A DNA stretch of 64,000 bases from Bacteroidota bacterium (GTDB lineage Bacteria; Bacteroidota; Bacteroidia; Bacteroidales; JAADGE01): positions 1,325 to 65,324 of the forward strand of contig JAJRUH010000125.1 of NCBI GenBank assembly GCA_024277895.1. Direction: 5' to 3'. Both the position numbers and the translations under genes were made by a program. The notes under the pieces were generated by a model, which saw only the letters and a list, made by a program, of their open reading frames with translations, had not been told where the DNA came from and did no database searches. This document shows, in pieces, positions 56,989-64,000 of this stretch (its first letter is position 1; each line of letters opens with the position of its first letter).

Positions 56989-57501
56989 ATGACAGATGAC
57001 CAAATTTATTCAGGAAAAATAAAAACGCCTTTAGGAGATATGCTTGCCTGTGTTTCGGATGAGGGATTGTATCTTTTGGAATTTACCGACAGGAAAAAAT
57101 ACGACAGACAAATAAACGGCTTGAAAAAATATTTTAATTCGGAAATTGCAGAAGGAGAACACTTTTTCATTACAAAAGTTCAAAATCAAATGAATGAATA
57201 TTTTTCGGGAAAACTAAAGGTATTTAAAATTCCTTTAATATTCTCCGGTACTGATTTTCAGAAAAAAGTTTGGAATGCTCTGTCAGAAATTCCTTACGGA
57301 AAAACCGTTTCATACTCGGATATTGCAAAAAGAATTAAAAATCCGAAAGCCGTTCGTGCAGTTGCAAATGCCGTTGCTGCAAATAAAATTGCAATTATTA
57401 TTCCCTGCCACAGAGTGACAGGGAAAAACGGAACACTTACCGGCTATGCTTCCGGATTGGATAAAAAGAAATTTTTATTGGATATTGAAAAAAACGTATA
57501 G
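56989..57501 (+). CDS. ogt: Methylated-DNA--protein-cysteine methyltransferase
   Basis: 170 aa with IPCHRV active site and VSYSDIA...AVRAVANAVAANK helix-turn-helix region. Ends with TAG. Confidence 0.85.
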   Translation: MTDDQIYSGKIKTPLGDMLACVSDEGLYLLEFTDRKKYDRQINGLKKYFNSEIAEGEHFFITKVQNQMNEYFSGKLKVFKIPLIFSGTDFQKKVWNALSEIPYGKTVSYSDIAKRIKNPKAVRAVANAVAANKIAIIIPCHRVTGKNGTLTGYASGLDKKKFLLDIEKNV

Positions 57502-57542
57502 TTTTATTTTCCCTTTTTATTCATAAAACACAAAAGAAATTA

Positions 57543-57550
57543 TAAATTTG
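57543..57550 (+). promoter_or_regulatory. -7 promoter box TAAATTTG
   Basis: TAnnTTTG 32 nt upstream of ATG 57582. Confidence 0.35.
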
Positions 57551-57581
57551 AGAAAAATTTTAACCAATTAATTTTACCCTT

Positions 57582-58616
57582 ATGCCCGACAATGCCCCTT
57601 CAATATTAATAATTTACACCGGCGGTACCATCGGTATGATTGTTAATCCTGAAACAGGTTCATTTAAACCCTTTGATTTCAACAGTATTTCAAAACAAAT
57701 TCCGACTTTAAAAAGTTTCGGTTATAGCCTTGAAACAATTTCTTTTGAAAAACCTATTGATTCTGCAGATCTAAAACCCGATACTTGGGTAAAATTAGTA
57801 GAAATACTAAAAACACACCATTCAGAATTTGACGGATTTGTAATTTTACACGGCACCGATACTATGGCTTATACAGCTTCGGCTTTAAGCTTTATGCTGC
57901 AAGATTTTCATAAACCCGTAATTATTACAGGTTCTCAATTACCGGTTGAAATGCTCAGAACCGACGGCAAAGAGAATCTCATTACTGCCGTAGAAATTGC
58001 TGCTGCAAAAAAAAACGGTTTACCTATAGTTCCTGAAGTTTGTATCTATTTTGATAATAAACTTTTAAGAGGAAACAGAACAACAAAAATCAATGCCGAA
58101 TATTTTGATGCTTTTAATTCGCCAAATTATCCTTATTTGGCAGAAGCCGGAATAACAATTAATTATGATACTAAATATATAAAGTATCCGGAATATAATA
58201 AAGTTCCGGCTGTTCATAAAAATATTGACACAAATATTGCTCTTATAAAATTATTTCCCGGTATTTCGGAACCCTACTTAAAAAGTATTTTTTCAACTGA
58301 CAATATAAAAGGTGTAATTATTGAATCCTACGGATCGGGAAATGCCCTGACTGACGGATGGTTTGTAAACTTACTTACTGAAGCTGATAAAAAAGGTATT
58401 ATTATTTTAAATATTTCACAATGTGTCGGCGGCACTGTAGATATGGGGAAATACGAAACCAGCAGACAATTAATCGGAGCAGGAGTAATAAGCGGTTACG
58501 ATATGACAACAGAGGCTGCCGTAACAAAATTAATGTATCTTCTCGGCTTAAAAATGAGTATTAAAGAAGTTAAAACTTATTTACAAGTTTCAATTGCCGG
58601 TGAATTAACAAAATAA
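57582..58616 (+). CDS. ansA: Type I L-asparaginase
   Basis: 344 aa. ILIIYTGGTIGM, GFVILHGTDTMAYTASAL and ITGSQ. Confidence 0.85.
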   Translation: MPDNAPSILIIYTGGTIGMIVNPETGSFKPFDFNSISKQIPTLKSFGYSLETISFEKPIDSADLKPDTWVKLVEILKTHHSEFDGFVILHGTDTMAYTASALSFMLQDFHKPVIITGSQLPVEMLRTDGKENLITAVEIAAAKKNGLPIVPEVCIYFDNKLLRGNRTTKINAEYFDAFNSPNYPYLAEAGITINYDTKYIKYPEYNKVPAVHKNIDTNIALIKLFPGISEPYLKSIFSTDNIKGVIIESYGSGNALTDGWFVNLLTEADKKGIIILNISQCVGGTVDMGKYETSRQLIGAGVISGYDMTTEAAVTKLMYLLGLKMSIKEVKTYLQVSIAGELTK

Positions 58617-58750
58617 TATATAACCGGATACGTTATAATTACAGTAGATTTCAGTTAATAAAATAAGCGTTATTTTTAATAATTTTTTTTGATAATAAAA
58701 AAAATGTTTAACTTCGTCAACTGAAAAAACCGTTTCCGGCTAACTTCTCA

Positions 58751-58839
58751 GGAGAGGTGTCCGAGCGGCTTAAGGAGCACGCCTGGAAAGCGTGTATACA
58801 CATTAACGTGTATCGAGGGTTCGAATCCCTCTCTCTCCG
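58751..58839 (+). tRNA. tRNA-Ser (anticodon GGA)
   Basis: Acceptor GGAGAGG/TCTCTCC, anticodon stem CACGC/GCGTG with loop CTGGAAA, long variable arm, T arm GAGGG-TTCGAAT-CCCTC, discriminator G. Confidence 0.9.
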
Positions 58840-58888
58840 CTTGCAGACGGTAAATTGTATAATTATTTAAAAAATAAATTTAAAAGAC

Positions 58889-59701
58889 ATGAAAAAGTTA
58901 TTTGCATTGGCAGCAATTCTGGGAATGTTTATGTTTGGCGTTCAGCAACAAACTTATGCTCAAAAAGCAGAAAGTGATTCTGCCTCAACTGTTCAAACCG
59001 ATGATGCAACCGTTACGGATAATGCCGCTGACAAAACAGTTGCAACAACAAATGATGCACAGAAGGAAGGAGAATTTCACAAAAAAATTAAAGAAAAATT
59101 TATTGAAGGCGGTCCGTTCTTTATGAGTTTTATATTAATTGCTTTTATTTTAGGCTTAGCTCTTTCTATTGAAAGAATTATATACCTGAATTTAGCTACA
59201 ACAAATACAGAAAAACTTCTGACTAATGTTGATGATGCCCTTGAATCCGGCGGAGTTGAAGCAGCTATGGAAGTTTGCAGAAACACAAGAGGTCCTGTTG
59301 CAAGTATTTTCTACCAAGGTCTCAGCAGAGCTGATCAAGGCATTGATGTTGTTGAAAAATCTGTTGAATCATACGGAAGTGTTCAAATGAGTTTACTCGA
59401 AAGAGGGTTTACCTGGATTTCCTTATTTATTGCACTTGCACCAATGTTGGGTTTTATGGGTACAGTAATCGGAATGATTGATGCATTTGATAAAATTCAG
59501 GCAGCAGGTGACGTAAACGCAGGATTGGTTGCCGGCGGTATTAAAATTGCGTTGATTACAACCGTATCAGGTTAGATTGTTGCAATGATACTTCAAATTT
59601 TCTATAACTACATTGCTTCAAAAATTGACGCATTAGTCAGTAATATGGAAGATGCATCTATCTCATTAATTGATATTTTAGTAAAATATCAAAATAAATA
59701 A
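58889..59701 (+). pseudogene. exbB: MotA/TolQ/ExbB proton-channel protein interrupted by one in-frame TAG
   Basis: The track ORF stops at TAG 59573-59575. The same frame continues for 41 more codons to TAA 59699-59701. The joined sequence ...GGIKIALITTVSG*IVAMILQIFYNYIASKIDALVSNMEDAS... matches the conserved ExbB third-helix region (TT..GL.VA....YN), with the stop at the Leu position. Confidence 0.75.
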
Positions 59702-59731
59702 ATATTATTTTAATTTATAAATTACGCAGCT

Positions 59732-60178
59732 ATGACTGATAATATAGCCAAAATTACGAAGATATTACTTTGGGTTTTAATCGCATTATCGCTTTTCTAT
59801 GCTATTATGTTGTTCGTCAACGCATCAGCAGATAATCCGAAATGGATTGTAAACTCATTAACATATACTGAAGTATTACTCTATATTGCTGTCGGTGCGG
59901 TCGTTTTATTCTCTCTGTTTAATTTTATTTTAAATTTGATAGCTCGACCGAAAAAAGCTTTGCTTTCATTAATCCCGATAGTAATTTTAGGAGTTGTATT
60001 TTTAATTGCATATTCATATGCCTCAGATAAAGTACTGTATATGCCGACTTACGAAGGAACTGATAATGTTCCCGGAATTTTAAAATGGTCGGGTGCGGGT
60101 TTAATTACCGCATATATATTCTTTGGTCTTGCAATACTTTCTATTTTATATGCAGAAATTGCAAAACTTTTTAAATAA
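59732..60178 (+). CDS. Hypothetical four-helix membrane protein within the exbB-exbD cluster
   Basis: 148 aa with four hydrophobic segments. No family recognised. Confidence 0.4.
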   Translation: MTDNIAKITKILLWVLIALSLFYAIMLFVNASADNPKWIVNSLTYTEVLLYIAVGAVVLFSLFNFILNLIARPKKALLSLIPIVILGVVFLIAYSYASDKVLYMPTYEGTDNVPGILKWSGAGLITAYIFFGLAILSILYAEIAKLFK

Positions 60179-60244
60179 CTATTCATACGAGAAAGTATGC
60201 AGGAATTTTCTTACATACTTTCTCTAATTTAAAAATAAATACCC

Positions 60245-60841
60245 ATGGCAAGAAGACCCTTACAAGAAATAAATGCAGGTTCAATGGCCGATATTGCTTT
60301 CTTATTGCTTATATTCTTTTTGGTAACAACAACTATGAGTACGAATACCGGTATGCAACGAAAATTACCGCCGCCGCCGGATCCGAAAATAAAAAATGAT
60401 GAAGCTAAGGTAAAAGAAAGAAATGTTATGGTTGTATTGATTAATAAAGATAATAACATCGCTATTAAAGGCAAACCGATTCAATTAAAAGATATTTGTG
60501 CTAAAACAAAGCTTTTTTTCACAAATCCTAATAATGATAAGAATTTACCCGAAAAGAAAATAAAAGACATTCCGTTTTTCGGTAAGTATCCGGTTTCAAA
60601 AGGTATTATTTCTTTACAAACGGACAGAGCCACAAATTACGGAAAATATTTGAAAGTAAATAATGAATTGGTTCGTGCTATTGATGAATTGAGAGATGAG
60701 AAAGCAATGCAAAAATTCGGCATGACATTTGATGAATTGGGTAAAGTTAATAAAGATGAACAAAAAGCCGTAAGCAAAATTTATCCTTTAAATATTTCGG
60801 AAGCAGAACCAAGAAGAATTACGGCAGGAGCCGGTAAATAA
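60245..60841 (+). CDS. exbD: ExbD/TolR-family biopolymer transport protein
   Basis: N-terminal INAGSMADIAFLLLIFFLVTTT anchor typical of ExbD, plus a periplasmic domain. Confidence 0.8.
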   Translation: MARRPLQEINAGSMADIAFLLLIFFLVTTTMSTNTGMQRKLPPPPDPKIKNDEAKVKERNVMVVLINKDNNIAIKGKPIQLKDICAKTKLFFTNPNNDKNLPEKKIKDIPFFGKYPVSKGIISLQTDRATNYGKYLKVNNELVRAIDELRDEKAMQKFGMTFDELGKVNKDEQKAVSKIYPLNISEAEPRRITAGAGK

Positions 60842-60873
60842 TTAATTTTTTAAATTAATAAAATCTAAAGTAA

Positions 60874-61359
60874 ATGGCAAAATTTGCAAGAAAAGGAAAA
60901 GGCGGTACACCTGCAATTTCCACAGCATCTCTACCCGATATTGTTTTTATGTTGTTGTTCTTCTTTATGACAGTAACGACTATGAAAGAAGTTGATTTAA
61001 AGGTTATTATAAAAAAACCACATGCAACAGAAGTCAAGAAACTGCAAAATAAATCTTTGGTAAAATATATAAATATCGGTGTTCCGATAGCAAAATATCA
61101 ATCAAAATTCGGTAAAGAACCAATTATTCAACTGAATGATGCATTCGCCAATGTAAGTGATATCGGACCCTGGGTTGATGCCGTAAGAGGTGATATGGAT
61201 GCCGAAAACAGAAGTAAGATGACAACAGCATTAAGAATCGACAAAAATGCCAGAATGGGTATTGTTACGGATGTGAAACAAGAACTAAGAAAAGCTAAAG
61301 CATTAAAAATTACATATATTGCTGATAAAACAACTAAAAAAGATTTCTTTTTGAATTAA
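60874..61359 (+). CDS. exbD: ExbD/TolR-family biopolymer transport protein (second copy)
   Basis: ISTASLPDIVFMLLFFFMVTT anchor and periplasmic domain. Confidence 0.8.
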   Translation: MAKFARKGKGGTPAISTASLPDIVFMLLFFFMTVTTMKEVDLKVIIKKPHATEVKKLQNKSLVKYINIGVPIAKYQSKFGKEPIIQLNDAFANVSDIGPWVDAVRGDMDAENRSKMTTALRIDKNARMGIVTDVKQELRKAKALKITYIADKTTKKDFFLN

Positions 61360-61375
61360 CAAATAACTTTAAATA

Positions 61376-61606
61376 GGGCTTGCTGAAAAACGCTAATATG
61401 TTTGTGTCTCAGTTACTTATAATTATTTACATATACGAATACAAGGTTTTTAATTCATTTCACCCTATTTTCTTGCACTTGTGTAAAATATTTTAGCTGC
61501 CCACAGGCACATCATCTTTCAAATTTCTCTTATTTCGTAGTATTTATATACAACTTCAAACTAGAAGATTGAAATCTAATGCACCTGTGAGCTTTTCAGC
61601 AAGCCC
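61376..61606 (-). mobile_element. MITE-like non-autonomous element, copy B (intact 14-bp terminal inverted repeats)
   Basis: Termini GGGCTTGCTGAAAA ... TTTTCAGCAAGCCC are a perfect 14-bp inverted repeat. It is flanked by the direct repeat TAAATA at 61370-61375 and 61607-61612. It is the reverse complement of copy A. Confidence 0.7.
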
Positions 61607-61618
61607 TAAATACATAAA

Positions 61619-61651
61619 AAACGACTTAAATAAATAAAGTCGTTTTTTTTT
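61619..61651 (+). terminator. Rho-independent terminator of the exbB-exbD operon
   Basis: Stem AAACGACTT / AAGTCGTTT followed by a run of about 9 T. Confidence 0.65.
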
Positions 61652-61689
61652 ATTCAATCCAATCTATTGTAAAATATTAAGATAAAAAA

Positions 61690-61716
61690 ATACCGTATTC
61701 TGTTTGAATACGGTAT
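61690..61716 (-). terminator. Rho-independent terminator of pspA
   Basis: Stem ATACCGTATTC / GAATACGGTAT. The plus-strand A run before it gives a T run on the minus strand. Confidence 0.65.
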
Positions 61717-61737
61717 CAAATATAATATTTCATTTTT

Positions 61738-62457
61738 TTATTTTTCAATAGCTTTATCTACGCCTGAAAGTTTTGCTTTTAGAGCAGCTAATGCTTCAGA
61801 GCCGCCTCCTGTAGATTCTTCTAAAACACTGTCAATTTCTTCATCAATACTTTGATTCTCAAAAGCAATATCTGCATAGGATTCAGCCAAAGCTTCGTCT
61901 TGTTCCACTTTTTCTTTCATACGTTCGAGCATTGCAACCGTTCCGTCAGCATCAATATTTGCCAATTGTTTATTAACCGTTTTTGTTGCTTTGCTAACTT
62001 TAGCCCTTGCTTTAAGTGTTTTAGCTTCATTTTCCCATTTAGAAATATGTGCTCTCAAACGATCAATCGTATGGTCTAATTTTGCCACCTGAGCATCGTA
62101 AGTTTTTTGAGTTTGAAGTGCTGTTTGTAAACTTTGAGCAGCTTGTTCTTTTTCATCTAAAGCTGAAGTTGCCAAACGATCGGCATCTGCCTGATCAACA
62201 GTACCTTTTTCAGCTCTTTTAATTAAAGCTATTGCTTTATTTTCATATTCAGCCATTTTATTTCGATATTTATTTGCATCATTTTTTGCTCTGATAGCCA
62301 ATGCTTTAACCTCGGCTAATGCTTTAATACTTTCATCAAGTTTGCCTTTCATATCGCGAATACCTTGTTCGGTCATTTTTACCGGATCTTCGAGCATATT
62401 AACTGCTGCATTTGCTTCTGCTTGTCCGATTTTAAATAATCTTTTGAAAAATCCCAT
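61738..62457 (-). CDS. pspA: Phage shock protein A / IM30 family
   Basis: 239 aa. N-terminal amphipathic MGFFKRLFKIGQAEANAAVNMLEDPVKMTEQGIRDM and a long coiled coil, parallel to E. coli PspA. Confidence 0.85.
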   Translation of the reverse strand: MGFFKRLFKIGQAEANAAVNMLEDPVKMTEQGIRDMKGKLDESIKALAEVKALAIRAKNDANKYRNKMAEYENKAIALIKRAEKGTVDQADADRLATSALDEKEQAAQSLQTALQTQKTYDAQVAKLDHTIDRLRAHISKWENEAKTLKARAKVSKATKTVNKQLANIDADGTVAMLERMKEKVEQDEALAESYADIAFENQSIDEEIDSVLEESTGGGSEALAALKAKLSGVDKAIEK

Positions 62458-62511
62458 CTTTCTGATATTTTAAGTTTATAATTAATTTTCGTAAAGGTAT
62501 TAAATAAAAAA

Positions 62512-62536
62512 TTAATGCCAAAATAATTGGCATTAA
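62512..62536 (-). terminator. Rho-independent terminator of the thioesterase gene
   Basis: Stem TTAATGCCAA / TTGGCATTAA. The plus-strand A run 62501-62511 gives a T run on the minus strand. Confidence 0.6.
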
Positions 62537-62564
62537 AAACTCGAATATAATATTTCAGATTTTA

Positions 62565-63005
62565 TTAACATTCGTCTTCTTTCCGCTTAATGCTGAAAAC
62601 ACCTCTGCCGAAAGCAATAATTTTTCCCTTTTCATCCGGATGAAAAATTTTCATTTCAGTTACAATAGATCGACGTCTTTTACTCAGCACTTGTCCTTCA
62701 GCAATAATTGCTTTTGCTTTTCCGGGTCTGACATAATCAATACGCATATCAATGGTTGCTACATCATCATCCGGCGAGGTCATATAAGTCATTGCCGCAA
62801 CTCCGCCCGCCAAATCAACGGCTGTTGCGGTATAACCGCCGTGTAATCTTTTAGAACGCGGATCTCCAATAAATTCTTCACGATAAGGAAAAAAAAGTTT
62901 CACATATCCTTCCTCAATTTCTAAAACTTTAACTCCGATAAATTTTGCCATCGGAATTTTTTGTTCCACAACATCAATAAATAATTTTTTTACTGTATCT
63001 TTCAT
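62565..63005 (-). CDS. PaaI-family hotdog-fold thioesterase
   Basis: 146 aa with LHGGYTATAVDLAGGVAA, characteristic of PaaI/YigI-type thioesterases. Confidence 0.7.
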   Translation of the reverse strand: MKDTVKKLFIDVVEQKIPMAKFIGVKVLEIEEGYVKLFFPYREEFIGDPRSKRLHGGYTATAVDLAGGVAAMTYMTSPDDDVATIDMRIDYVRPGKAKAIIAEGQVLSKRRRSIVTEMKIFHPDEKGKIIAFGRGVFSIKRKEDEC

Positions 63006-63065
63006 AATAATAAGTACAATTTATTGTAAGTTTTCAATCAAAGTTATATGCAAAGTTAATGAATT

Positions 63066-63803
63066 TTACTTTGACGCATAATAAACACTCGAAATACCGA
63101 AAGAAAAAATTCTATAATCTACGGAAGAGAAACCGATTTTTTTAATGACAGAACAAAGTTCTTTTCCGTAAGGAAAAGCATTAACCGATTCGGGCAAATA
63201 AGTATATGCAGATTTATCTTTTGAAAATAATTTACCGAAAAGCGGCAAAATATATTTTGAGTACAAGCTGAAAGTTTGTTTAACGGGGAATTTCTCGGGT
63301 TGCGAAAATTCCAAAATAATAAGTTGTCCCGAAGGCTTTAAAACCCGATACATCTCTTTTAATCCCTTTTCCAAACTTTCAAAATTCCTGACACCGAATG
63401 CAGCAGTAACCGCATCAAAATAATTGTCGGGAAAAGCTAAATTTTCCGAATCACCTTTTTGGAATTCAATAAATTGCGAAAGTCCTTTTTTTCGGATTTT
63501 ATCCTCTCCCACTTTCAGCATTCCTTCGGAAATATCAATCCCGATAATTTTTTCGGGTTTTATTCTTCGAAATATTTCCGCAGCAAAATCTCCGGTTCCG
63601 GTAGCAACATCTAAAACAATTTCAGGTTGTGATTTTTCCAACAATCGAATTGATTTTCTTCGCCAGATTTTATCAATATTCAAAGACAAAAAATGGTTTA
63701 AAAAATCATATTTATGAGCAATATTATCAAACATTTCCGCAACTTGCTTTTTTTTCCCGGCTTCGGAATTTTTGTAGGGTATTATTTTTTCTGCTTTATT
63801 CAA
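63066..63803 (-). CDS. ubiE: Demethylmenaquinone / ubiquinone methyltransferase
   Basis: 245 aa. VAEMFDNIAHKYDFLNHFLSLNIDKIWRRK and SAM motif VLDVATGTGD. Confidence 0.85.
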   Translation of the reverse strand: MNKAEKIIPYKNSEAGKKKQVAEMFDNIAHKYDFLNHFLSLNIDKIWRRKSIRLLEKSQPEIVLDVATGTGDFAAEIFRRIKPEKIIGIDISEGMLKVGEDKIRKKGLSQFIEFQKGDSENLAFPDNYFDAVTAAFGVRNFESLEKGLKEMYRVLKPSGQLIILEFSQPEKFPVKQTFSLYSKYILPLFGKLFSKDKSAYTYLPESVNAFPYGKELCSVIKKIGFSSVDYRIFSFGISSVYYASK

Positions 63804-64000
63804 AATCTCAATTTATATATTTGGAAACAAAATCATTCGAAAAGTATCTCATCCGAGAATGTTACTATAATTTTTTTTCAGCGATTGCAAAGATAACAAA
63901 TTAAAGGATTTATAATAATTTCAGTTAAAATGCAAAAATAAATTTATCAAAAATTACGAATAATATTTTCAAGAAAAAATAAATTCCCGTACCTCTTTAA

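Noticed and set aside
53542-59701. Idea that the in-frame TAA and TAG reflect stop-codon reassignment or programmed recoding.
   Set aside because: TAA terminates most genes in the window, TAG terminates ogt (57499-57501) and TGA terminates ndh, so all three codons act as stops here. Two isolated events are better explained by point mutations or sequence errors.
1-64000. Searched by eye for CRISPR arrays, transposases, integrases, phage genes and known defence modules (restriction-modification, CBASS, retron, Abi).
   Set aside because: I found no regularly spaced direct repeats and no nuclease, helicase, reverse-transcriptase or recombinase ORFs. The patatin-like gene at 25258..26004 is isolated, with no cyclase or sensor partner, so I do not call it a defence effector.

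Overview
AT-rich chromosomal segment that reads as Bacteroidota: T9SS C-terminal sorting domains, TonB-dependent receptors with carboxypeptidase-like N-domains, TAnnTTTG -7 promoter boxes and a type III glutamine synthetase. I can support about 57 protein-coding genes, mostly housekeeping (dut, rdgB, acnB, ychF, obg, glnN, panB, anmK, der, mreBC, ogt, ansA, pspA, ubiE). There are also tRNA-Leu(CAA), tRNA-Ser(GGA), one cobalamin riboswitch, several rho-independent terminators and several promoter boxes. I saw no CRISPR array, transposase, integrase, prophage or recognisable defence island. Worth a second look: (i) a 231-233 bp MITE-like element present twice in opposite orientation (39263-39495, 61376-61606), each copy flanked by its own perfect 6-bp direct repeat. 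(ii) A 37-nt palindromic repeat at both ends of a translationally coupled NDH-2 / multicopper-oxidase operon, where the oxidase carries a C-terminal CopB-like outer-membrane domain. (iii) Single in-frame stop codons interrupting a TonB-dependent receptor (TAA) and exbB (TAG at a conserved Leu position). (iv) A mazEF-like pair whose toxin frame has no ATG/GTG/TTG start for its conserved N-terminus. (v) A B12-riboswitch operon led by a T9SS-cargo protein. (vi) A 988-aa pseudo-receiver + receiver + PEP/pyruvate-binding-type protein preceded by an orphan terminator. All functional calls come from motif recognition by eye and none was checked against a database.
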